A DNA stretch of 20,000 bases from Clostridiaceae bacterium (GCA_012839865.1 DUMO01000019.1:115239-135238), one strand, 5' to 3'; counted from the first letter of the stretch, positions 1-8,480 are shown. The notes: a model not told the origin generated them from the letters alone. Numbers and translations are program-made.

Positions 1-665
1 TTATCGGCAGTGACATGGTCTATGACGATGATTGCCGGCAGGATTATGAGGACAGTCTCTCTTTATATGAAGTCCTGGAAAATGAAATCATACCCCTTTA
101 TTATTGCCGGGATGAACAGGGAATTCCTCAAATGTGGATAGAAAAAATGAAAGAGTCCGTAAAAACCACTGCATATCGCTACAGCACCCACAGAATGGTC
201 ATCGATTACACCAATAAAATGTATATTCCTTCCATTGATCGAATAAGATATGTTTTGGAACAAAAAGGACTAATAAAAGAATTGTCCGAATGGAAGCAGT
301 TTGTGGAAAAGAACTGGGCCTCTGTCAGCATTGAGGCCGAAAAAACCATGGACAAACTTTCCTATAAGGAAGTTGAAAGCGGCAATTCCGTAAAACTTAC
401 AGCTGTTGTCCACCTGGGAGACATTCCTCCTGCATACGTCAAAGTGGAAACCTACTATGGCAAAATTCAGGATGACAATACAATTGAAGATTCCAGGACC
501 GCTGAAATGAATATGATTGAGGAAACCTCACAGGGAATATATAAATACTCGACTGATATTGCAATAAAAGAGGGCGGTGAATACGGTTATACCTTCAGAG
601 TCATACCCCACCATCCCAATCTGATAAATAAATTCGAAACAGGCCTTATAAGGTGGGTTGTGTAG
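1..665 (+). CDS. glgP: Alpha-glucan (glycogen/maltodextrin) phosphorylase, C-terminal part; gene starts before the window
   Basis: Frame is open from the window edge (IGSDMVYDDD...). LYEVLENEIIPLYY, WIEKMKES and YSTHRMVIDYTNKMY are typical of the phosphorylase C-terminus, followed by the GEYGYTFRVIPHHP tail seen in Firmicutes enzymes. Confidence 0.9.
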   Translation, partial: IGSDMVYDDDCRQDYEDSLSLYEVLENEIIPLYYCRDEQGIPQMWIEKMKESVKTTAYRYSTHRMVIDYTNKMYIPSIDRIRYVLEQKGLIKELSEWKQFVEKNWASVSIEAEKTMDKLSYKEVESGNSVKLTAVVHLGDIPPAYVKVETYYGKIQDDNTIEDSRTAEMNMIEETSQGIYKYSTDIAIKEGGEYGYTFRVIPHHPNLINKFETGLIRWVV

Positions 666-815
666 GAGGACCAAAACCCGGTTATTCATCATGAACTGCC
701 CAGGTGTTGCAGATCCATTGTTTTAAGCCTTATTGGAGCCAATGACTCATAAAGCAAAATGTGTGAACAGCAACACTTGTACCAGACTGCATGAAGTCAA
801 ATTGTCCAAGGTGGG

Positions 816-1625
816 TTGTCCAAGGTGTATAAAATTCTTGTAAAGCTGTACAACAGGTTTATTGAGGATGAGGTTCCGGCATTATCGGCTCAACTGAGCT
901 ATTCACTTATTTTTGCCTTTTTTCCGTTTCTGATTTTCCTTCTGACCCTGGCGGGCTACACTCCCCTAACCAGTGAGGGGGTTCTTAACGACCTTGCATT
1001 AATTCTGCCTGAATCGACATATGACCTTGTTATTGAAATAGCGCGGGATATTGTGAAAAAAAGAAGCGGTACCCTGCTTTCCTTCAGTATGCTGGGAACT
1101 TTATGGGCGTCCTCCAATGGATTGTCCGCACTTTTGAGAGCATTCAACCGGGCTTACAACCACAGGGAAAGCCGGCCTTTTTTTCTGGTAAAGGCATTAA
1201 CCCTGGTTTATACTATCGGGCTTGCACTGGTTATATTGATCATTTTTTCGTTTATTATTTTCGGTGAAATAATTGGAAGATACTTATTTGAAGCAGCCGG
1301 CTATTCAGACTATTTCATTAAAATCTGGGATATAGCCAGATATGTAATTTCCCTGTTTTCCATTCTTATGGTAATTTTCCTGCTCTATTACATTCTTCCA
1401 AACAAAAAAATGAAGTTTTCCGAAATTGTACCCGGTTCAATATTTGCAACTGTTGCCTGGATTTCCATATCCCTTGGCTTTTCCTTTTATGTGAACAATT
1501 TTACAAGCTACTCAACCACATACGGGAGCATTGGCGGTGTAATTGTCCTCTTATTGTGGTTGTACTGGAGCAGCGTTATTCTGATTATGGGAGCAGAGTT
1601 GAATGCAGTACTGGCCAGCAGCTAA
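816..1625 (+). CDS. YihY/virulence factor BrkB family membrane protein
   Basis: 269 aa and highly hydrophobic. Motifs LSAQLSYSLIFAFFPFLIFL, LWASSNG...LNRAY-like (FNRAY), PGSIFAT and YGSIGGVIVLLLWLYWSSVILIMGAELN. TTG start. Confidence 0.9.
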   Translation: MSKVYKILVKLYNRFIEDEVPALSAQLSYSLIFAFFPFLIFLLTLAGYTPLTSEGVLNDLALILPESTYDLVIEIARDIVKKRSGTLLSFSMLGTLWASSNGLSALLRAFNRAYNHRESRPFFLVKALTLVYTIGLALVILIIFSFIIFGEIIGRYLFEAAGYSDYFIKIWDIARYVISLFSILMVIFLLYYILPNKKMKFSEIVPGSIFATVAWISISLGFSFYVNNFTSYSTTYGSIGGVIVLLLWLYWSSVILIMGAELNAVLASS

Positions 1626-1629
1626 ACCA

Positions 1630-1883
1630 GGGACCAAGGGGACAGTTCTCTTGATTCCCTCAAAAGAGAAATCCGGGATGAACCAGGGTAAACCAGGGGG
1701 ACTAGGGACTGCCCCGGGAAAGCAAAGGGTGTCCCCCCAGAAAGACCAGGAGGACGGTTCCTTTGGTTCCCTCATAGTAGAAATCCGGGATGAACCAGGG
1801 TAAGCCAGGAGGACCTGGGACAGCTCCGGAAAACCAAGGGAACCCCCAAAGGAGGGAACCGGAAGAACCGTCCCCCTGGTCCC
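1630..1883. repeat. REP/MITE-like composite: two ~112-bp direct units closed by an inverted copy of a 30-bp motif
   Basis: The 30-bp motif (consensus about GGGACCAGGGGGACRGTTCTTNYGGTTCCC) occurs at 1630-1659 and 1742-1771 (direct) and at 1854-1883 (inverted; 24/30 match to the first copy). The internal block GAAATCCGGGATGAACCAGGGTAA recurs at 1668 and 1780. Confidence 0.85.
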
Positions 1884-1895
1884 CTGTCCCCTCCC

Positions 1896-1924
1896 TTGAC
1901 ATTTTAGTTCTTACATGGTAAATT
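1896..1924 (+). promoter_or_regulatory. SigmaA promoter for the riboswitch/P-type ATPase transcript
   Basis: TTGACA (1896-1901), 17-bp spacer, extended -10 TGgTAAATT (1916-1924). The predicted start near 1931 coincides with the 5' end of the riboswitch. Confidence 0.8.
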
Positions 1925-1930
1925 ATACTT

Positions 1931-2019
1931 GTTAGAGGGGAGTAGCTTCTAGTTATAAAACCAACAACCGGCCAAAAGCCTGGTTTTATAATCCGTAAAT
2001 GGAAAGCGAGACTTTTAAC
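1931..2019 (+). ncRNA. yybP-ykoY (Mn2+-sensing) riboswitch aptamer
   Basis: Hallmark GGGGAGTAGC (1937-1946) and GCGAGACTTT (2006-2015). P1 is GTTAGAGG/CTTTTAAC; P3 is TTATAAAACC/GGTTTTATAA with a CAA-containing internal loop and a GGC/GCC cap. It lies upstream of a P-type ATPase, the established context for this family. Confidence 0.8.
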
Positions 2020-2053
2020 ATAGTTCTTCGGAATTATGTTGAAAGTCTTTTTT
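2009..2053 (+). terminator. Intrinsic terminator (riboswitch expression platform)
   Basis: 18-bp stem AGACTTTTAACATAGTTC / GAATTATGTTGAAAGTCT with a cUUCGg loop, followed by T5. The left arm overlaps the 3' strand of aptamer P1, which gives ON-switch geometry. Confidence 0.9.
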
Positions 2054-2334
2054 AAATTGTACACATTTGTCTTACATTTATTAAACCTGACATCCTGGAA
2101 GGCTTTCAACTGCGCTTTCCATACGGCAACCACATTGAAGAGGTTTTACTTCGACTTTTATTTAATCCAGTGTTAATTCAAATACTATTTGGGTAACAAT
2201 CAGATTATTGGATTTTGGAACGTAGAATTTAATTTATTGAAGTATAGCCCGAAATTTTTATAAATATCTATAGAGTGTTACATGTATTTAATCAACGTTT
2301 TTTTGTCAGACTAAATTTGGAAAGGAGAAAAAAA

Positions 2335-4998
2335 ATGGATAAAGAAAACTTACAGCCAACCAAACCTTACCACACCTTGACTGTAGATGAAACCTATGAA
2401 GCTCTGAATACAAACCCCGCTGGCCTGGACGAGAAGGATACCCGGGGAAGAATTTCTGTTTATGGTCCAAATGAACTGAAGGAAGAAAAAGGCCGCTCAT
2501 TATTCGCTAAATTTCTGGACCAGTTTAAAGATATAATGATAATAATTCTTCTTATAGCTGCCGGCATTTCAGGCTTCATGGGGGAAATTACCGATACCGT
2601 TATAATTCTTGCAGTGGTTCTAATCAATGCAGTTCTCGGGGTAATGCAGGAAAGCAAGGCTGAAAAAGCGCTGGCAGCTTTAAAAAAGATGTCAGCCCCC
2701 TTTGCAAAAGTTAAAAGAAACGGTGATGTAAAGCATATAAAAGCATCCGAGATTGTACCCGGTGACATTGTAATCCTTGAAGCCGGCGATTATGTGCCGG
2801 CGGATCTGAGGCTTATCGAATCCTCCAACCTGAAAATTGAAGAAGCTTCCTTAACAGGAGAATCAGTACCTGTTGAAAAATCGACAGGCAAAATAGATAA
2901 GGAGGATGTTGTTATTGGTGACAGGCATAATATGGCCTACGCCGGAAGCGTTGTCACCTATGGCCGGGGAAGCGGCATAGCAGTCGGAACAGGCATAAAT
3001 ACCGAGGTCGGTAAGATAGCAGGATACCTTTCAGCCAGGGAAACCGAACAAACCCCCTTGCAGCAAAAGCTGGCGGAACTGGGGAAATACCTTACCATTG
3101 CAATTCTTGCAGTAGCCGTTGTTATATTCATAGTGGGGGTAGTTGGCGGAAGGCCATATCTTGACATGTTCCTCACAGCTGTCAGCCTGGCGGTTGCAGC
3201 CATACCGGAAGGTTTACCTGCCGTTGTAACAATTGTCCTGGCATTGGGCGTTCAGAGAATGGCCAAAAGAAACACCATAGTTCGAAAACTGCCTGCCGTT
3301 GAGACTTTGGGAAGCACCCAGATAATATGTTCAGATAAAACTGGAACCCTAACACAAAACAAGATGACTGTAAGGCAAATCTATGTTGATGAAAATATTG
3401 TGGACGAAAATGAATTCAAAACTGACAGCAGAAGTTCCCAAATATTAATGCAGGTCTTAACTCTTTGCAACGATTCAAAGCTTGAACATGGCTCTGCCAG
3501 GGTTCTTGGAGATCCCACGGAAACAGCCCTGGTGTCATTTGCCCTTGACAAAGGCTATAATAAGAACGAAATGGACGAAAAGCACCCTCGCAAGAACGAA
3601 ATACCTTTTGATTCCGACCGGAAATTAATGACGACATTGAATTTAACTGAAGAAGGATACCGGGTACTTACAAAAGGAGCTCCCGACGTGCTTATTGAAC
3701 GTTGCAGCCATGTGCTTGCCGGGGATGAAGTCAAACCATTAACAAAAGAGTTTATTTCCGCCTTCCAGAAAGCCAATTCCAAAATGGCAGGCAATGCTCT
3801 TCGCGTCCTTGCAGTTGCATACAAGGATATTGAAAACTATCCGGAGGTGCTTACAACTGAAGAAACGGAAAATGGCCTGACTCTTGTGGCACTGGTGGGT
3901 ATGATCGATCCTCCGAGGCCGGAGGTCAGGGATGCTGTGGAGGTCTGCAAAAAAGCAGGAATCAGGCCAATAATGATTACCGGAGACCACAGGGATACTG
4001 CCGTTGCGATTGCCGGAGAGCTTGAAATTTTGAGTTCCGGGGATGAGGTGATAACCGGCCGCGAGCTTAACGCAATCAGCGAGGAAGAGTTTGAAAACAA
4101 TGTGGAAAAATACTCGGTTTATGCCAGGGTTTCTCCTGAGCACAAGGTAAGAATTGTAAAGGCGTGGAAGAAAAAAGGCAAGACCGTAGCCATGACGGGA
4201 GACGGAGTCAATGATGCCCCTGCCCTAAAAATAGCAGACATAGGAGTCGGTATGGGAATAACCGGTACCGATGTTGCAAAGGGAGTGTCGGACATGGTAC
4301 TGACGGATGACAACTTTGCCACAATAGTTGAGGCGGTTAAGGAAGGCAGGACAATTTACAGCAATATAAGAAAAGTAGTCCAGTACCTTTTGTCAGCAAA
4401 CACCGGTGAGATAATAACCCTGTTCCTTGCAACCATGTTCCATTGGAAAATACTCTATCCGATTCATATACTTTGGATAAACCTTGTTACAGATACATTT
4501 CCCGCCCTTGCCCTGGGTGTTGAAAAGCCTGACAGGGATGTTATGACAGAAAAACCCCGGCCGGCAAGCCAAAGCGTTTTTTCTGAAGGATTTGGCATAA
4601 ATATTGTATATCAAGGTATACTGGAAGGCATTACAACTTTGGTAACCTACTATATCAGCCTTGTGAATTATGGCCCGGATGTAGCGGTTACAATGGCTTT
4701 CGCCACCCTTGGGCTCATTCAGCTGGTGCATGTATTCAATGTTCGCACCGGAAACAATTCAGTTGCCACCAAAGGCCTTTTTTCCAACATGTATCTGATT
4801 GGAGCCATACTACTGGCGGGGCTTTTGCAGATAATAGTCATTTTGATGCCGCAGCTTAACACAATTTTCAAAGTGCAACATCTGAATTTGGAGCAATGGG
4901 TTATCGTAATAATAGCTTCCTTTTCCATAATACCAATAGTTGAGGTTATAAAGTCCATAAGAAATTTTATTGCACGCAAAAAGCAGCATAAAAATTGA
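2335..4998 (+). CDS. Cation-transporting P-type ATPase, type IIA (Ca2+/Mn2+ exporter-like)
   Basis: TGES, DKTGT phosphorylation site, KGAPD, TGD, GDGVNDAPAL, M4 VAAIPEGL and M6 WINLVTD. Start placed at ATG 2335 behind AAAGGAG rather than the ORF-track GTG at 2275; 887 aa. Confidence 0.95.
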   Translation: MDKENLQPTKPYHTLTVDETYEALNTNPAGLDEKDTRGRISVYGPNELKEEKGRSLFAKFLDQFKDIMIIILLIAAGISGFMGEITDTVIILAVVLINAVLGVMQESKAEKALAALKKMSAPFAKVKRNGDVKHIKASEIVPGDIVILEAGDYVPADLRLIESSNLKIEEASLTGESVPVEKSTGKIDKEDVVIGDRHNMAYAGSVVTYGRGSGIAVGTGINTEVGKIAGYLSARETEQTPLQQKLAELGKYLTIAILAVAVVIFIVGVVGGRPYLDMFLTAVSLAVAAIPEGLPAVVTIVLALGVQRMAKRNTIVRKLPAVETLGSTQIICSDKTGTLTQNKMTVRQIYVDENIVDENEFKTDSRSSQILMQVLTLCNDSKLEHGSARVLGDPTETALVSFALDKGYNKNEMDEKHPRKNEIPFDSDRKLMTTLNLTEEGYRVLTKGAPDVLIERCSHVLAGDEVKPLTKEFISAFQKANSKMAGNALRVLAVAYKDIENYPEVLTTEETENGLTLVALVGMIDPPRPEVRDAVEVCKKAGIRPIMITGDHRDTAVAIAGELEILSSGDEVITGRELNAISEEEFENNVEKYSVYARVSPEHKVRIVKAWKKKGKTVAMTGDGVNDAPALKIADIGVGMGITGTDVAKGVSDMVLTDDNFATIVEAVKEGRTIYSNIRKVVQYLLSANTGEIITLFLATMFHWKILYPIHILWINLVTDTFPALALGVEKPDRDVMTEKPRPASQSVFSEGFGINIVYQGILEGITTLVTYYISLVNYGPDVAVTMAFATLGLIQLVHVFNVRTGNNSVATKGLFSNMYLIGAILLAGLLQIIVILMPQLNTIFKVQHLNLEQWVIVIIASFSIIPIVEVIKSIRNFIARKKQHKN

Positions 4999-5090
4999 AA
5001 AACTTAAAATAGCTGAATTAAATTAACTGTTTACAGTCGCAAAGTGTCCGGACATAAATCAGGCAAAAGTAAAACCATTTTGGTCAATTG

Positions 5091-5119
5091 TTGCTTAAGA
5101 CAGCTTTTTTATGTACAAT
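5091..5119 (+). promoter_or_regulatory. Candidate sigmaA promoter for the dac-like gene
   Basis: TTGCTT (5091-5096), 17 bp, TACAAT (5114-5119). Confidence 0.4.
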
Positions 5120-5271
5120 AATAATTGACAGTAAATATTTTTAAAGACATCATTTAAACGCATATTATAAACCTTGATGAGAATTTGGAAATGTCCCAAA
5201 GCCAAGACTTTCTGGCAGGAAAACGGATTGGGCACCGGTTGAAGGTTAGATTGGCTTTTTACGGAGGTATC

Positions 5272-6588
5272 ATGTTAAAAGAATTTGAGAGCACGCCAAC
5301 CGCCTCTTTTATAAATAAAATATTCCGCGCAGGGAATAAACTTAATACGAGCAGTTTATTAGCATATATAATGTTGGCCTTTTTTTGCCTGTCCTTATTG
5401 CCCATGAATGTCTTCGCCCTTGACAATCCGCCTGAAGTCAGTGCAGTTTCCGCTATTTTGATGGAGGCAAGGCGGGGACAGATTTTGTATGAAAAAGAGG
5501 TAGACAGGAAACTTCATATTTCAATTGCCAATAAAATAATGACCGCATTGCTTGTCGTAGAAAACGGCAATCTTGATTCTGATGTTACAATAAGCAAAGA
5601 GGCGGCCTCTACCGAAGGTTCCTTGCTATGGCTGAAAGTTGGAGAAAAATACAATGTCCGGCAACTGGTTTGCGCCATTTTAATCACTTCTGCCAATGAT
5701 GCCGCCCAAGCCCTTGCCGAGCACGTTGGAGGCAGCACCAAAAAATTCACTGAAATGATGAATAATAAGGCAAAAGAGCTGGGTTTGCAGAATACGCATT
5801 TTGAAAACCCTACAGGCCTTTTGGATGAAAACCAGTATACCACCGCCCGTGACCTGGCGGTTCTTGTCCGGTATGCAATATCAAACCCCACTTTCAGCTC
5901 CATGTTTGCATACAGGGGAATGACCTGGATAGACGGAGCTAATTATGATTATTTTATTAACGGCAATGAGATGTTCCAGCGTTACGAACCTACAGAAGGG
6001 GGAAAAATAGGTTTTAACGATCCGTCAAAGCACTCGATTGTAACCACAGCAAGAAAAAGCAACCAGAGGCTGATTTGCATTGTCCTGGATACCCCTCCCG
6101 GGAAACTGTATGATGATTCAATAAAAATCCTCGAATATGGTTTTAACAACTATACTTCGGACATATTGGTGTTTAACGGTCAAGCTGTCAATAAGACTTT
6201 AAAGATCGGTGATACCGAGGTGAATCTTGTAAGCAACAGTGACGTCATCTACTCCCGGCCCACCGATGATTTTATTGACTTGATAAAAAGCATATCTTTC
6301 AATATACCGGAACACATATCCCCTCCTGTTACAAAATCAACTGTTGTAGGTACTGCAAATTATATACTCTTTGACGGAACTGTAATAAACGTACCTCTTT
6401 ACCCTGACAGGGATGTACCGTTGCCTAAAACTGCGTCATCACTTTTTATTAACAAATTAACCGAAAACAAGGAGCTTCTTTACCTGCTGCTAATACTTTT
6501 GGGCATTGAGGGTTTATTGATATTATTCAACATATTGCGGGCCGTTAAAAAACTATTCACCCGCAACAGGCAGCAGATAAAAGGTTGA
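5272..6588 (+). CDS. D-alanyl-D-alanine carboxypeptidase (peptidase S11) family protein with a degenerate catalytic motif
   Basis: Signal-peptide-like N-terminus; SANDAA (SxN), NTHFENPTGL and GGKIG (KTG position); C-terminal TM anchor. The SxxK region reads HISIANKIMT. ATG 5272 follows GGAGGT. Confidence 0.88.
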   Translation: MLKEFESTPTASFINKIFRAGNKLNTSSLLAYIMLAFFCLSLLPMNVFALDNPPEVSAVSAILMEARRGQILYEKEVDRKLHISIANKIMTALLVVENGNLDSDVTISKEAASTEGSLLWLKVGEKYNVRQLVCAILITSANDAAQALAEHVGGSTKKFTEMMNNKAKELGLQNTHFENPTGLLDENQYTTARDLAVLVRYAISNPTFSSMFAYRGMTWIDGANYDYFINGNEMFQRYEPTEGGKIGFNDPSKHSIVTTARKSNQRLICIVLDTPPGKLYDDSIKILEYGFNNYTSDILVFNGQAVNKTLKIGDTEVNLVSNSDVIYSRPTDDFIDLIKSISFNIPEHISPPVTKSTVVGTANYILFDGTVINVPLYPDRDVPLPKTASSLFINKLTENKELLYLLLILLGIEGLLILFNILRAVKKLFTRNRQQIKG

Positions 6589-6740
6589 TTGATTCATCCC
6601 TGCATATTATTTTCTTCATTCCAACAGTGGACTTGCAAAGCAGCAAACCTGAATACTCAAGCCAGCTGAAAGCCAGCCAGGACAGTCGCCGGGATGAAGG
6701 TGCATCCTGGCCTGACTCTACTGTTTCAAAGCTTTGATTT

Positions 6741-7964
6741 TCAATTGCATATTTCAAATATTTCCCCTTGCCAGTTTCTGAATACTGCCCTGCCATTTCC
6801 TATATACAGCAGATAATTGGGCAATATCGGCGTTTTCCCGAGTCCCTGGGGTCCATTTACAATATAAGTAGGAATTGCCATGCCCGAGGTGCATCCTCTC
6901 AGACTTTCCATAATCTCAAGACCTTCCTGTATGCTGCACCAGAAATGGCTGGTTCCCTTCACACTCTTCGGATGGAAGATATAATAGGGCTTTACTCTTA
7001 TTTTCAAAAGTGCCTGGTTCAGCTTTCTAACAACATACTTGTCATTATTTATCCCTTTTAGCAGCACCATCTGGTTTCCAAGGGGAATACCCGCATCAGC
7101 CAGCATGCCACAGGCTTTTTGCGCTTCAGGGGTTATTTCCATGGGATGATTGAAATGCACATTTACATAAATCGGGTGGTATTTTTTCAGTATACCCACC
7201 AGATTCGGTGTTATCCTTTGGGGAAGAGTAACCGGGGTCCTTGTGCCAAACCGGATAACCTCCACATGCTCTATTTTCCGAAGCTCCGCCAGCAGCCATT
7301 CTATCATTTCATCAGGCAGCATGAAAGAATCTCCGCCGGTTATAAGAACATCCCTTATCTCATGGTTAAGCTTGACATAATTAACTGCGCGTTTGAGTTT
7401 CTCCTGGGAGACGCTTGTGTCAAATTCACCGATTAATCTTCTTCTCTGGCAAAATCTGCAAAACATTCCGCATATGTTTGTCACCTTTATTATCAACTTG
7501 TCGGGATACCTTCTTGTTATAATTTCCTCAACCGACGAAGCCTTTTCATTCATGGGGTCCAGCTCCCCAATGTCGTTCAATTCATCAATTGAAGGGATGC
7601 ATTGCTTCATAATCGGGCAATCCTCATTCTCAGGGTCCACAAGAGAAAGATAGTAGGGTGATACTGCAAACCTGTATTTTTTAGCTATAGTGTTTATATT
7701 TTCAATACGTTCAGTTGGTATATCAATTATTTCTGCTATGTCAGCAGCATTTGTAAACCTGTTTTCAAGCTGCCATATATAATCATTCCAATCCTTCATT
7801 GATGCGCCCAGATGCTTCATTATTTTCTTTCTTTGGTGTTTGATCCTTTCTTCATCCTCAATGCCTGTTTTTATGCTGTCTTTAACTTCAAGGTAGTCTG
7901 TAATATTATCTTTAAGAATCTGAAACCTTTCATTATTTTCTTTCCTTACCACTTCATTCATCAT
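6741..7964 (-). CDS. eam: Glutamate 2,3-aminomutase (KamA-family radical SAM/PLP enzyme)
   Basis: CGMFCRFC radical SAM motif, TRRYPD, TGGD and the PLP lysine in GLGKTP. It has Lys (YYIFHPK) and Asn (TYIVNGP) at the two positions that are Asp in lysine 2,3-aminomutase, an EAM-type N-terminal extension, and no LAM C-terminal Cys cluster. ATG 7964 follows GGAGG. Confidence 0.9.
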   Translation of the reverse strand: MMNEVVRKENNERFQILKDNITDYLEVKDSIKTGIEDEERIKHQRKKIMKHLGASMKDWNDYIWQLENRFTNAADIAEIIDIPTERIENINTIAKKYRFAVSPYYLSLVDPENEDCPIMKQCIPSIDELNDIGELDPMNEKASSVEEIITRRYPDKLIIKVTNICGMFCRFCQRRRLIGEFDTSVSQEKLKRAVNYVKLNHEIRDVLITGGDSFMLPDEMIEWLLAELRKIEHVEVIRFGTRTPVTLPQRITPNLVGILKKYHPIYVNVHFNHPMEITPEAQKACGMLADAGIPLGNQMVLLKGINNDKYVVRKLNQALLKIRVKPYYIFHPKSVKGTSHFWCSIQEGLEIMESLRGCTSGMAIPTYIVNGPQGLGKTPILPNYLLYIGNGRAVFRNWQGEIFEICN

Positions 7965-8126
7965 AAAAAGCACCTCCTGAAAATTTTTAACCTTTCAACC
8001 TGATTCAATAAACGCTCAAGTCCCTAAGCAAGCTAAACTTTTGGCTTTTACGCTTTTCCTTCGCATTTTTTCAGAGTTTTCCCGCAAATTTATAGCCTGT
8101 TCTTTCACTCTGCAAATTTGCCCTAA

Positions 8127-8219
8127 CAAAATAAAAAGCGACTTTAAATCCATCAGGCAGCATTAAAATCAACCGGACAATCAGGCTGAAATAAAGCTGA
8201 ATGGAACTTTTCAGTCGCT
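8127..8219 (-). terminator. Candidate long terminator hairpin downstream of the c-di-AMP aptamer
   Basis: On the minus strand AGCGACT (8219-8213) pairs with AGTCGCT (8143-8137), followed by TTTTATTTTG. Inner pairing TCCAT/ATGGA and CAG/CTG. Confidence 0.55.
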
Positions 8220-8250
8220 CAAAAAAGGCATATTTATTTTTTCCTTTTTC

Positions 8251-8415
8251 AAAGCTTCCGAGGTTAGCTGACGGGTTCGGACCGAAAAAGCATTAGCCCT
8301 ACTGAATATATTCAGATTCACCCCAAATTCAAAAGCACCGGTGCCGGAAATAATATTGCAAGTACCGACCTCTGCAATGGTTCCCCCGTATTCTGGTTAA
8401 CAGAAATTCAGCTTT
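8251..8415 (-). ncRNA. c-di-AMP (ydaO-yuaA) riboswitch aptamer
   Basis: The minus strand reads AAAGCTGAAT...TACGGGGGAACCA...TTTGGGGTGAATC...GTAGGG...CCGAACCCGTCAGCTAACCTCGGAAGCTTT. These are the conserved ydaO blocks in the correct order, with P1 AAAGC/GCTTT. Confidence 0.93.
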
Positions 8416-8450
8416 ATTTTCATACCAATTTGTTGGTATTTCCCATTGGG

Positions 8451-8480
8451 CTTATACCATGGGATTCCACATGGTCTCAA
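8451..8480 (-). promoter_or_regulatory. Candidate proximal sigmaA promoter for eam
   Basis: TTGAGA (8480-8475), 18 bp, TGgTATAAG (-10 hexamer at 8456-8451). The start would lie about 30 nt before the aptamer. Confidence 0.5.

Noticed and set aside
802..827. 12-bp direct repeat TTGTCCAAGGTG at the yihY start
   Set aside because: A single short duplication overlapping the RBS and start codon; no evidence of function.
1630..1883. CRISPR array
   Set aside because: The intervening segments are near-copies of each other rather than unique spacers, the last motif is inverted, and no cas genes are present.
1551..2133. ORFs 1603-1803 (+), 1551-1775 (-) and 1702-2133 (-)
   Set aside because: They are open frames produced by the GC-rich repeat; they overlap the promoter and riboswitch and show no protein motifs.
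6557..6796. 79-aa ORF and the GCCAGGA/TCCTGGC hairpin (6676-6711) between convergent genes
   Set aside because: The ORF overlaps both neighbours and has no recognisable motif. The hairpin has a long loop and no U-tract.
6741..7964. Annotation as lysine 2,3-aminomutase (kamA)
   Set aside because: The two lysine-binding Asp positions are Lys and Asn, the C-terminal Cys cluster is absent, and no lysine fermentation genes are adjacent.
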